NCBI GenBank assembly: GCA_945949405.1
Contig: CAMFEP010000001.1
Coordinates: 1 to 53,002, forward strand
Reading direction: 5' to 3'
Source: Kiritimatiellales bacterium
Lineage (GTDB): Bacteria > Verrucomicrobiota > Kiritimatiellia > UBA8416 > JAIOPI01
DNA length: 53,002 nt
Below the pieces are notes generated by a model. The model saw only the letters and a list, made by a program, of their open reading frames with translations, did no database searches and was not told where the DNA came from. Each line of letters opens with the position of its first letter. The stretch's first letter is position 1. Positions 1 through 8,183 of the stretch are shown here, piece after piece. The position numbers were made by a program, and so were the translations under genes.

Positions 1-1566
1 GGGAGCGGCCACGTCCGTGTAGTTCGTGCTGGCCACGAGACTTGCCGTCAGGCGGGTGTAGGGTCCGAGCGGGTTGGTGGCGCGATAGACGTGATAGCCC
101 GGAAAGCGCCCGGCCTCGGGCGACCCGGTCCAGTTCAGCGTCGTCTGGCCTCCCGATTTTTCGCCGCGCAATCCGCTTGCCGGAGCGATGATGTGCAGTC
201 GAAGCGATGGATCACCCATCAGGGCAATATGCGTCTGACGCGTGCCAAAACCGGCCGTCTGGTACATCCAACTGTTGTTTTGAGTTCGACGCATACACTC
301 TCCCAGCGTCTCCCCGATCGTCATAAAGTGATAGAAGTTATGGGGGCGGCCGCCCCAGGAACAGCTTAGCGTATACGTTGTGGTTCCGAGGGCCGATCGC
401 ATGAATGCGTTCGCCACATCCCAATCGCCGTTATAGCTACCGAACAGCATGGTGAACGTGACCTTGGTGTCCGTCGCGGCAAAGTTGTAACAATTGCCGA
501 CGCCGCCGGCGCCCTGGTACGTTCCACTTCCACAACCATAGGCCCATTGGTAGCTGTCCACCGCCAGGGTGGAGAACCAGTCCACCTCGAATACATTGGG
601 CGCCCCAAACATGTGGCCAAAATTCCGCCACCCATCCGCGGCAAACGCTTCACCACTGAAATCCCCGAAGTTGTCGTCCACAAGGCCGCGGGGCTGGGTC
701 GTAACCGCCTTCATGCGGTAGTTGTGATCCTTGTTGAGATACTGCCGGAGAAGTTCCGTCTCCGATTGGCTGAAGCAAGGCATATCGGATAGATCCACAC
801 GCCCTACCTGCAACTCAATGTCGGACGCAATCGCGTAGGAGTCGAACTTTCCATCCCCCGGAATATTGTCCTGCCGGTCCCCGTTGCTCGTCCAGGTTGT
901 GCTGGAGTCCGTCCAAGTGCCGTCCATGTCTCCGTAGTAACTATCCGCCGGCCATGCTCCCGCGTGCTCGCTATGGCCGTCAGGATACATGCTGGAGTTC
1001 CCACTGTAAGGAATCGGCACATGACCCAAAAGAAACACGGCCTTGACGTTGTTCGCATCCTGCAGATAGTCGGCCTTGATCATGGCCTTGACGTTGGTAA
1101 CCGCTTCCTTCCATCCAACATCGTTCCAGTTCTTCCTCGCCACGTCATGCCGGATCACGGTCCATCCATCCCCCACAAGATCCATCTGCAGCCGTTCAAG
1201 TTCGTTGGTCAACGCGGGGGCTTGCGTGTTGTCCACGACCAAAACGATCTTCCCCCGGTTATCCACCATGGGACGCCGAATCGCCGACATCGTGTATCCA
1301 TAGGCCGAAATGCTCCCGCTATTCCGTAAGACCTGGTACTCGTAAACCGTCCCCGCCGTAACATTGGTGTCGGTCCAGCCGGTTATCGTTCCCGGCGAGT
1401 TTGTCAGATAGGCCACCTCGCCCCACGCGCGATAGACGCGGTAGGAAGCGGCTGAGGGGTAGGCCGGCCACTGCAGGGCGATCTGGCCCGGCGAATCCTG
1501 CACCGTGGCGGTCACCGAGACGACGTAGTCGCGGGGGTGCGCACTGCACAGCAAGGGGACCGACAT
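1..1566 (-). CDS. Secreted protein, Fn3-like segments flanking a gingipain(C25)-like caspase-fold core; partial, C-terminus lies beyond the left window edge
   Basis: Absent from the ORF track because it runs off the edge. My reverse-strand translation from ATG 1566 stays open for 522 codons to base 1. It reads MSVPLLCSAHPRDYVVSVTATVQDSPGQIALQWPAYPSAASYRVYR (Fn3-like), then KIVLVVDNTQAPALTNELERLQ...AVFLLGHVPIPYSG...WAYGCGSG (His and Cys placed as in C25 peptidases), then LNWTGSPEAGRFPGYHVYRATNP (second Fn3-like segment). CDS call is solid; function is tentative and start codon uncertain. Confidence 0.6.
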   Translation of the reverse strand, partial: MSVPLLCSAHPRDYVVSVTATVQDSPGQIALQWPAYPSAASYRVYRAWGEVAYLTNSPGTITGWTDTNVTAGTVYEYQVLRNSGSISAYGYTMSAIRRPMVDNRGKIVLVVDNTQAPALTNELERLQMDLVGDGWTVIRHDVARKNWNDVGWKEAVTNVKAMIKADYLQDANNVKAVFLLGHVPIPYSGNSSMYPDGHSEHAGAWPADSYYGDMDGTWTDSSTTWTSNGDRQDNIPGDGKFDSYAIASDIELQVGRVDLSDMPCFSQSETELLRQYLNKDHNYRMKAVTTQPRGLVDDNFGDFSGEAFAADGWRNFGHMFGAPNVFEVDWFSTLAVDSYQWAYGCGSGTYQGAGGVGNCYNFAATDTKVTFTMLFGSYNGDWDVANAFMRSALGTTTYTLSCSWGGRPHNFYHFMTIGETLGECMRRTQNNSWMYQTAGFGTRQTHIALMGDPSLRLHIIAPASGLRGEKSGGQTTLNWTGSPEAGRFPGYHVYRATNPLGPYTRLTASLVASTNYTDVAAP

Positions 1567-2002
1567 CCACGCGGCGCAGAGAACACCCGCCGCCCGCCGT
1601 AGAACACGCCCCCTGGGGGCACCGCGAAAAATCGCGTCTCGACTGATAAGAGCTCGCTTGTCTGACGGGTACGGCGAAATGACCGTCTGCCTGAACATGA
1701 CCGCACGCAGCCAGGTTGAGACCGACCTAAAGCAGCGATTTCCCTCCTGCGGCGGATCTACGACACGGCGGGTAGCGTGTGGGAATCCGACTGCAAGGTC
1801 AAGATCGGGCGGAAACACGCTTTTCGGCGTGTTGCGGCCGGTCTGAGCCCCTTGTCGCTCATCTTGACGCTTCCAGCCAGATTCCTCTACTGTCTTCGCC
1901 ATGGAGGTGCTCTCTCAGGCCGGTCCCAGCGGGCGTGCCGACGCACCGCCTGAAAAGCGATTTCTTATCAGTTACCTGTTGTGCGCGTTTGGTTTGTTGG
2001 AC

Positions 2003-3277
2003 ATGCGCAAATGGGCTGTGGTGCTCCGTAGAAGCGATAACGTGCGAACGGCGAGTTCCTTTCGTAAGCGGATCTCGCTGATTCTGTGGACACTTCTCGT
2101 GAGCCCTGTTTTGCCGGGTGCGTCAGCTCAAGACGCGTCAGAGTCGGCCAGGCAATCCACTCGATCTCGGCGCGTGCTCTACAACTTCGACGGCGACTCG
2201 TGCCTCTCGACCAAGGCCGGAAGCAAGGGTCCAGTGGCCGTGAATGTCGACGATGTGAAGCGGTTGATCGATGAGGTTGCCTACGAAGGGAGTCGCGTCG
2301 ATACGGTGCTGGTCTGCGTGAATGCGCAGGTGATGTACTATCCGACGCAGGTCGGCACCATGCGCGGCGCGCTGTCGACGCCGGAAGAGCGCGCGAAATG
2401 GCCCGCGTCTGAGAAGCAGCGGTTCCAGAACCTGAAGGCTTTCTTCGACGCTGGGGTCGATCCGTACGCGGTGATGCTGGTCGAGGCGAAGCGGCGCGGG
2501 CGTGAGGCGTTGCTCACGTTCCGCATGAACGACGATCACGGCGACGATTGTCTCCGCACGCAGTTCCTGGTCGATCATCCCGACTGGCGGCTGGGAACAG
2601 AAAGGTATCGCGGCAAAGCAGCGCTGGACTTCGCCCGCGACGAAGTTCGCGACTACACGTTTCGGCTGATCGAGGAGGCGGTTCGGCGCTACGACTGCGA
2701 CGGCATCGAACTCGATTTCAACCGCTTTCCGACGTTCTTCAAAGACGGCTCGACCGGCGAGCGTGTGGCGAAAATCAATTCGCTGGTCGAGCGCGTTCGT
2801 AAGATGCTCGACGACGTCGGAGGCGAGCGGGGAAGGCGGCTGTTGCTTGCCGTCCGCCCGCCGTCGAACTACGGCCGCCCGCCGCCAACGCCCGAGTCCG
2901 CGCGGGCGCTTGGTTGCGACGTACCGGCCTGGGCGACGAACGGCTGGGTTGATTTCGTCGCGGTCTCCGAGTACCTGTTCGAGCGCGGCGATCTGCCGAT
3001 CGACAAGTGGAAGCAGGCGATCACGACGGTTCCGATTTACGGCGGCATCGAATGCATGCAGGGAGAGGGGAAGAAGAATCTCTCTGCCGACGAATATCGC
3101 CATGCGGCCACGCAACTCATCAAGGCCGGGGCGGACGGCGTCTACCTGTTCAACTTCTTCACCTCGCGCGAAGGCGGCGAGAACGCTTACGAACCGCCAT
3201 TCGACGTGCTACGAGATCTGGGACCGCTCACGAGGACCCAAACGCCGAGGCTTAGCCCGCTTTATGCCACGCCGTAA
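2003..3277 (+). CDS. Secreted TIM-barrel glycoside-hydrolase-like protein (family unresolved)
   Basis: ORF track 1901..3277. ATG 2003 is preferred because MRKWAVVLRR...LILWTLLVSPVLPGASAQ reads as a signal peptide. The body (LTFRMNDDHGDD, ALDFARDEVRDYTFRLIEEAVRRYDCDGIELDFNRFP) resembles (beta/alpha)8 glycosidase-like proteins. Confidence 0.55.
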   Translation: MRKWAVVLRRSDNVRTASSFRKRISLILWTLLVSPVLPGASAQDASESARQSTRSRRVLYNFDGDSCLSTKAGSKGPVAVNVDDVKRLIDEVAYEGSRVDTVLVCVNAQVMYYPTQVGTMRGALSTPEERAKWPASEKQRFQNLKAFFDAGVDPYAVMLVEAKRRGREALLTFRMNDDHGDDCLRTQFLVDHPDWRLGTERYRGKAALDFARDEVRDYTFRLIEEAVRRYDCDGIELDFNRFPTFFKDGSTGERVAKINSLVERVRKMLDDVGGERGRRLLLAVRPPSNYGRPPPTPESARALGCDVPAWATNGWVDFVAVSEYLFERGDLPIDKWKQAITTVPIYGGIECMQGEGKKNLSADEYRHAATQLIKAGADGVYLFNFFTSREGGENAYEPPFDVLRDLGPLTRTQTPRLSPLYATP

Positions 3278-3352
3278 GGTCAAAAAACTCATCCGGTCCT
3301 AAGCGTCTTGAACGCCCCTTGGTATAGTGGCGCATGAAGGAGCCGGAACGCT

Positions 3353-3583
3353 ATGCAGATGAACAGAATTGAGATTGATGCACGCGTCTGTGGCGGCAAG
3401 CCCGTAATCCGGGGCACGCGTATTCCCGTTGCCGTGCTTGTGGATGAACTCGCCGAAGGGCGAAGTTGGGAAGATCTCCGGCGTGGATACCCGGAACTCT
3501 CGGAGCAAGACATTCGCGCCGCCCTCCAATACGCCTCGGCGGCGATCGAGCACACCGAGTTTGCTGATGCGGCTGCGGAGTGA
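3353..3583 (+). CDS. DUF433-family small protein (putative antitoxin)
   Basis: 76 aa. IDARVCGGKPVIRGTRIPVAVLVDELAEGRSWEDLRRGYPELSEQDIRAALQYA matches the DUF433 pattern (vcgGkPvi.GTRipv..il..la.G). Its stop lies 3 nt before the next ORF. Confidence 0.8.
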   Translation: MQMNRIEIDARVCGGKPVIRGTRIPVAVLVDELAEGRSWEDLRRGYPELSEQDIRAALQYASAAIEHTEFADAAAE

Positions 3584-3586
3584 AGC

Positions 3587-3787
3587 GTGCGCCTGTATCT
3601 GGACCAGATGTTCCGGGTCGAACTGGCGGCCATCCTTCGTGAAGACGGCCACGATGTCTTGCGCGCGGCAGAAGGTGGCCAGTCCCGAGCCGACGACTCG
3701 CAGGTCATGGAGCGCGTGATTGCCGACGGGCGCACGCTGATCACCCTCGACCGGCGCCGCGAACGCTGGATCAGGACGGCCGATTGA
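3587..3787 (+). pseudogene. DUF5615 (PIN-like) putative toxin, C-terminally truncated
   Basis: GTG start, 66 aa. MRLYLDQMFRVELAAILREDGHDVLRAAEGG...DSQVMERVIADGRTLITLD follows the family N-terminal half, then diverges (RRRERWIRTAD) and stops. Family members I recall are about 110 aa. No continuation seen in the other two frames. Confidence 0.5.
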
Positions 3788-3872
3788 ATAGAGGCTACGC
3801 GCAGTGGCAGGCGAAGTCTCCGGGCGACTGGAACGTTCGGGACTGGTTCTTATCGGTGACAGCCGCCCGACT

Positions 3873-3952
3873 TGTCGCTCCCTGTCGTAGCATGTCGTAA
3901 CCTGTCATGCCTCCCCGCCTAAAGGTGTCAATTTCGGGGGCTAAAGGTGACA
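3873..3952. repeat. Phased short direct repeats: 4 x TGTC(G/A) at exact 10-bp spacing, then 2 x CTAAAGGTG(T/A)CA 22 bp apart
   Basis: TGTCG at 3873, 3883 and 3893, TGTCA at 3903. CTAAAGGTGTCA at 3919-3930 and CTAAAGGTGACA at 3941-3952. GGTGACA also occurs at 3855-3861. Non-coding and lower GC than the surroundings. Confidence 0.7.
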
Positions 3953-3986
3953 GGGCTGAAAAAGCCCAATGAAAACGGGGTTTGGA

Positions 3987-4035
3987 ACAGACTCTGAATC
4001 TGTTTGTCTAGGTTCAAATCCTGGTCGGGCAACCA
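3987..4035 (+). other. 3' half of a tRNA-Gln(CUG)-like gene (anticodon arm to CCA), no 5' half
   Basis: Anticodon stem ACAGA/TCTGT with loop CTCTGAA (anticodon CTG at 3994-3996). T arm CTAGG-TTCAAAT-CCTGG. Acceptor 3' strand TCGGGCA, discriminator A, then CCA at 4033-4035. No TGCCCGA-type 5' acceptor strand or D arm at the expected distance upstream. Confidence 0.65.
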
Positions 4036-4204
4036 ACTCAATTACTTGTCGCTGGCCTCCCGAATCCGCAATCCGTTGTCGCGCACAAGCAATGATTTCC
4101 GCGGAGGCAGGCTCGCCGAGAACCGACCGGCGGGACGAGTCTTTTGGATCCCAGGAATACAACGACCTTGCGGTGTGCATCAATTTTGATACAGTGGGTG
4201 TGGC

Positions 4205-4519
4205 GTGAGTTCCAAACGGCCGCTCCATGTTGTTTGCTTCTCGACTGAAGCGGGCAACGAACCGGTGCGCGAGTGGCTCAAGGCCCTGCCCAAAGAAGAC
4301 AGCAAGACGATCGGGACTGATATTCTTGCGGTTCAGGATGTCTGGCCGCTTGGGAAGCCATTGGTATGACAACCGCGGGGGCGGCATCTGGGAGGTTCGC
4401 GCGACGCCGGCCAATCGCATTGCCCGCACGACGCCAGCCGACGAGAACTCGATCTCGCGAGGAAACGCAAGAATCAGTACGGTCAATATCATGAACACAA
4501 GAAAACGCCGCGCAAGTGA
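4205..4519 (+). pseudogene. Gp49/HigB-like RelE-ParE superfamily toxin, disrupted (stop, frameshifts, internal deletion)
   Basis: Frame 0 from GTG 4205 gives SSKRPLHVVCFSTEAGNEPVREWLKALPKEDSKTIGTDILAVQDVWPLGKPLV, then TGA at 4367. The +1 frame continues GGGIWEVRATPANRIAR. Frame 0 resumes with ELDLARKRKNQY and stops at 4517. The usual VLF...LLHGF.KKTQKTP core between NRIAR and ELDLARKR is missing. Confidence 0.65.
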
Positions 4520-4781
4520 CCTTCGAGCCTTTCTGAAAGAGGAAGGCGTGCCGGAAGAAGTGGAGGCCCGGGCCCTCAAGCGCGCCCTCGCCATCCAAAT
4601 CGAGCGGCTGATCAGGGAACAGGCCCTTTCCATAACCGAGATGGCCACCCGCATGAAGACGAGCCGGGCGGCAGTAGATCGCATCCTGGATGCCTCGAAT
4701 CCATCCATCACGTTGGCCACGCTGGGCAAGGCGGCGCGGGTTCTGGGGCGGAAGGTCAGGGTAGAGCTGGTGCCTGCATAG
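4491..4781 (+). CDS. XRE-type helix-turn-helix antitoxin (HigA-like partner of the decayed toxin)
   Basis: ATG 4491 within ORF 4227..4781, 96 aa. It reads MNTRKRRASDLRAFLKEEGV...LSITEMATRMKTSRAAVDRILDASNPSITLATLGKAARVLGRKVRVELV. It overlaps the toxin remnant end as in intact pairs. Confidence 0.7.
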   Translation: MNTRKRRASDLRAFLKEEGVPEEVEARALKRALAIQIERLIREQALSITEMATRMKTSRAAVDRILDASNPSITLATLGKAARVLGRKVRVELVPA

Positions 4782-4801
4782 CGCCGGCAGGCTGCACACA
4801 C

Positions 4802-6301
4802 ATGGCTTCCCGTACACACATTGACAATCCCGACGTCATCCTGATCGGCAGCGGCGTGATGTCCGCGAATCTCGCGGCATTGCTCAAGCGCCTCGATCCG
4901 CGGCTCACGATCCAGCTCTATGAAGTCACCGACGGGTTGGCGCAGGAGAGCTCGGATGGTTGGAACAATGCGGGGACGGGACACGCCGGGATCTGCGAGC
5001 TGAGCTACACCCCGAAGCGCGAGGCCGACGGCGCGGTAAACGTAAGCAAGGCGATTGAGATATTCGAGCAGTTTGAACACAGCAAGCAATTCTGGAGCTA
5101 CGCCGTCGCGAGCGGCATGGCGGAGCGGCCCAAGGAGTTCATCAACGCGGTGCGACACATCAGTTTCGTGCACGGCGAAGAGCAGGTTGATTTTCTGAAA
5201 GCGCGGCACGCCGGGATGGCGGCGCACCATTTTTTTCGCGAAATGGAATACACCACGGACCGCGCCAAGATCGCGAGCTGGGCCCCGCTGCTGCTGGAGG
5301 GCCGCGGTAACGTGCCCATCGCGGCGACGAAGATGGACTCCGGGACCGATGTGAACTTCGGCGAACTCTCGCGCAAGCTGCTTGGCTGGCTCGGGAGGCA
5401 GGAGGGCTGCGGCATCGCCACGGGGCATCGCGTGATCGGCTTGAAGCGAAGCGGTGCGGGGTGGAACGTGCGCGCCAAAAATCGGACGACGGGCGAGATC
5501 CATGTGAATTGTACGAAGTTTGTCTTCGTCGGTGCGGGTGGGGGCAGCCTGCCGCTGCTGCAAAAGGCCGGCATCCCCGAAGCCAGGGGCCTTGGCGGCT
5601 TCCCAATCGGCGGCCAATGGCTGGTCTGCGAAAATCCGGAGATTGTCAGCAGCCATCAGGCGAAGGTGTATGGGCAGGCGCTCGACGCCGCCCCGACGAT
5701 GGCCGTGCCGCATCTCGACACGCGGATTCTCAACGGCAACAAGGCGCTGCTCTTCGGTCCGTTCGCGGCGTGGACCACCAAGTTCCTCCACAAGCAAGGG
5801 CGCGTGACCGATCTGCCATTCTCCATTCGCCCGAACAATCTCAGCACGCTGATCAACATCGGCATCCACAACCTGGATCTCGTGCGTTACCTTGTGCAGC
5901 AGGGCATGCAGAGCATGGCGGATCGGATGAAGATCCTGCATGTGTTCTATCCCGGGGCGCAAGCGAAGGACTGGAAATTGATCGACGCCGGCATCCGGGT
6001 GCAGGCGATCAAGAAGACCGACGGACAGGCTGGCATTGTTCACTACGGCACCGAAGTCATCACCGATGCCAGTCGCACCATCTGTGCGCTGCTCGGCGCC
6101 TCGCCCGGCGCATCCGTCTCCGTGAACATCGTACTCGACGTCATCGGAAAATGCTTCCCGCAGCTGCTTGCCAGCCCCGAGGGCCACGCGCGGATGAAGG
6201 CCATGATCCCAACCTACGACGAGGATATCAAACTTCCGGAAAATGCCGCACGGTTCCGCGAGGTGCGGCAGCAAGCCGAAGAAATCCTTCAACTCCGTTG
6301 A
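4802..6301 (+). CDS. mqo: Malate:quinone oxidoreductase
   Basis: 499 aa. DVILIGSGVMSANLAALLKRLDP...ESSDGWNNAGTGHAGICELSYTP and the overall length are typical of Mqo. Confidence 0.9.
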   Translation: MASRTHIDNPDVILIGSGVMSANLAALLKRLDPRLTIQLYEVTDGLAQESSDGWNNAGTGHAGICELSYTPKREADGAVNVSKAIEIFEQFEHSKQFWSYAVASGMAERPKEFINAVRHISFVHGEEQVDFLKARHAGMAAHHFFREMEYTTDRAKIASWAPLLLEGRGNVPIAATKMDSGTDVNFGELSRKLLGWLGRQEGCGIATGHRVIGLKRSGAGWNVRAKNRTTGEIHVNCTKFVFVGAGGGSLPLLQKAGIPEARGLGGFPIGGQWLVCENPEIVSSHQAKVYGQALDAAPTMAVPHLDTRILNGNKALLFGPFAAWTTKFLHKQGRVTDLPFSIRPNNLSTLINIGIHNLDLVRYLVQQGMQSMADRMKILHVFYPGAQAKDWKLIDAGIRVQAIKKTDGQAGIVHYGTEVITDASRTICALLGASPGASVSVNIVLDVIGKCFPQLLASPEGHARMKAMIPTYDEDIKLPENAARFREVRQQAEEILQLR

Positions 6302-6356
6302 CCACGAACAAAACAGCGGCGCCCAAATCGCTCCGGTTCATGGAGGCACGCGCTGG

Positions 6357-7061
6357 TCAATCGCAGATCACACTGGCAGACCAGGTGGTTGAGCTGTCGG
6401 GCACCGACGCATCGCGATAGGTGGAAATGAGCGACCAGCGATCCGCGCCGCTCGTATTCGGATACGAGCTGTGGAGCGTCAGGTCGTGGAAGAAGACTGC
6501 GTCCCCGCGGGCGACCTCAATAGAATCCACGGAGCGGCCGCGAATCGCGTCATCTTCCACGCGCCGCGCAAAGCCAAGACCGTCGTCCGCGCGAACCATC
6601 CGGTGAATCTGATGGTGGCTGCCCGGAATCATTTTCAAGCAGCCGTTGGCGGGGGTTGCATCATCCAGGGCGAGCCACACCGAAAGTTTTGGGGCCCCTT
6701 CCCAGTAAAACCAATCCTGATGCCATGGCGAACCGAAGGCATGCGCAGCATTCTTGAAGACGGCCTTCACGCTTAGAAACTCGATTTTCGGCCCGATCAG
6801 CGTCCGCAATACCTGCACGACTTTCGGCTCTGTCATCCAGGCGGCCAGCCCGGAATCGATCGCGCCCGCTTTCCAAACTCTCACGCCGGAGGGGTCGTTC
6901 AGCGAGCCATCGTCGCGCATGGCGTCCTGGATGTGTTGCTTCCAAGACACCATCTCGGCGGGGGGATATAGCTGGCGAACCACCAGATAGCCCTGCTTGG
7001 CGTAGGTCGTGGCCCAGCGTTCCTCGCGCGCGGTTTTCTCAAGTTTTGCCGCTTCGGACAT
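6357..7061 (-). CDS. Phytanoyl-CoA dioxygenase (PhyH) family Fe(II)/2OG oxygenase
   Basis: ORF 6357..7214, start taken at MSEAAKLEK (ATG 7061). Motifs seen: SPWHQDWFYW, LSVWLALDDATPANGCLKMIPGSHH, GDAVFFHDLTLHSSYPNTS. Confidence 0.8.
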   Translation of the reverse strand: MSEAAKLEKTAREERWATTYAKQGYLVVRQLYPPAEMVSWKQHIQDAMRDDGSLNDPSGVRVWKAGAIDSGLAAWMTEPKVVQVLRTLIGPKIEFLSVKAVFKNAAHAFGSPWHQDWFYWEGAPKLSVWLALDDATPANGCLKMIPGSHHQIHRMVRADDGLGFARRVEDDAIRGRSVDSIEVARGDAVFFHDLTLHSSYPNTSGADRWSLISTYRDASVPDSSTTWSASVICD

Positions 7062-7201
7062 GGCGGAGTGCTCCTGCTGTTTCGGGGCCACGCGACGACA
7101 TACAGTGCCTCGGCGCGGCGAAGAGGACAACATCGAAAGCGCCGGCAGGTTTTCGCCATGGAGGTTGACAGCGTGGATGCTACGGCTTATGACATGCCGC
7201 C

Positions 7202-8119
7202 ATGAATACCGCACAGCTTGACGCGCTCAACGCGCAATTCGCTCTGCGGGATCATCTTTCCTTTGTCCCTTTCCGTGGCGGCCTGGTGGCCGCGGAAATT
7301 CGCAACACCCACGCGACGGCGACGCTGGCGCTACACGGCGGGCATGTGGTGGCCTTCCAGCCTCACGGGCAGGCGCCCGTCTTGTGGCTTAGCGCCAAGA
7401 GCCGCTTCGAAGCCGGCGCGCCCATCCGCGGCGGGATTCCGATCTGCTGGCCCTGGTTCGGCAACCATCCCCGCGACCCCCAGGCCCCCTTCCACGGCTT
7501 TGCGCGCCTGCACCCGTGGGAGGTTGTGCGCACGGCCATCGCCGAGGATGACGCCACCGAGATCGAACTGCGGCTGCCCGAGCCGCCCGGGGCGCAGGAT
7601 CAGTGGCCGCATGCATGGACCTTGCATCTCCACGTCCGGGTGGGCGCCGATCTGCGCGTGGCGCTGGAAATGCGCAACACCGGCGCCAAGGCGATGACCT
7701 GCACCACCGCGCTGCACAGTTACTTCACCGTGCGCGACGTTTCCGTCGTGCGCGTGCTCGGTCTCGAAGGCTGCCGCTACATCGATACCGTTCCAACCCC
7801 GCACACCGCGCATGTCCAGCAGGGGCCGATCACGATCAGCGCCGAAACCGATCGCCCCTATCTCGACACGGAGGCCGAATGCATCATCGAAGATCCCGGG
7901 CTGCGCCGCCGCATTCGCATCGCCAAGGCGGGCAGCCGCGCGACCGTGGTCTGGAATCCGTGGATCGCCAAATCCAAACGCATGCCCGATTTTGGCGACG
8001 AGGAATACCCCGGCATGCTCTGCGTGGAAACCGTCAACACCGCGACCGATGCGCGCACGCTATCCCCGGGGGAGGCGCACCGCATCGCGATGCAGATCGC
8101 GGTTGAGCCCCTGGCGTAA
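7202..8119 (+). CDS. D-hexose-6-phosphate mutarotase (aldose 1-epimerase family, YeaD-like)
   Basis: 305 aa. APIRGGIPICWPWFGNHP...PFHGFARLHPWEV is the YeaD-type signature. Confidence 0.85.
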   Translation: MNTAQLDALNAQFALRDHLSFVPFRGGLVAAEIRNTHATATLALHGGHVVAFQPHGQAPVLWLSAKSRFEAGAPIRGGIPICWPWFGNHPRDPQAPFHGFARLHPWEVVRTAIAEDDATEIELRLPEPPGAQDQWPHAWTLHLHVRVGADLRVALEMRNTGAKAMTCTTALHSYFTVRDVSVVRVLGLEGCRYIDTVPTPHTAHVQQGPITISAETDRPYLDTEAECIIEDPGLRRRIRIAKAGSRATVVWNPWIAKSKRMPDFGDEEYPGMLCVETVNTATDARTLSPGEAHRIAMQIAVEPLA

Positions 8120-8183
8120 GACGGTCTTGCGGGCGCCAGCGAAATTCCGTCGAGCATCGACGAAAAAGTGGCTATTGTGCGTC

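Noticed and set aside
91-1706. Short track ORFs at the left end (91..369, 366..683, 547..792, 804..1058, 964..1329, 1319..1570, 1512..1706)
   Set aside because: All lie inside or antisense to the 522-codon edge-truncated minus-strand CDS, whose translation is clearly protein-like.
3946-4035. A complete tRNA (or tmRNA) gene
   Set aside because: Only the anticodon arm, T arm and 3' acceptor strand are present. No TGCCCGA-like 5' strand or GG-containing D loop lies at 72-90 nt upstream. The 3' end (TCGGGCAACCA) does not resemble a tmRNA acceptor with a matching 5' GGGG start.
3941-6292. 783-aa ORF on the minus strand
   Set aside because: It lies antisense to a clear mqo gene. Arg/Ala/Gly-rich composition is typical of high-GC shadow ORFs, and it also reads through the tRNA fragment and TA locus. 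The same reasoning rejects 2138..3115(-), 5461..6420(+), 12085..13377(+), 13256..15481(+), 17880..19304(+), 19309..20880(+), 21600..22757(+), 22460..25075(+), 26924..28318(+), 28801..31272(-), 32684..34576(-), 34670..35758(-), 36194..37567(-), 41460..42341(-), 42549..43685(-), 44534..45766(-), 47981..49171(-) and 50861..52915(-).
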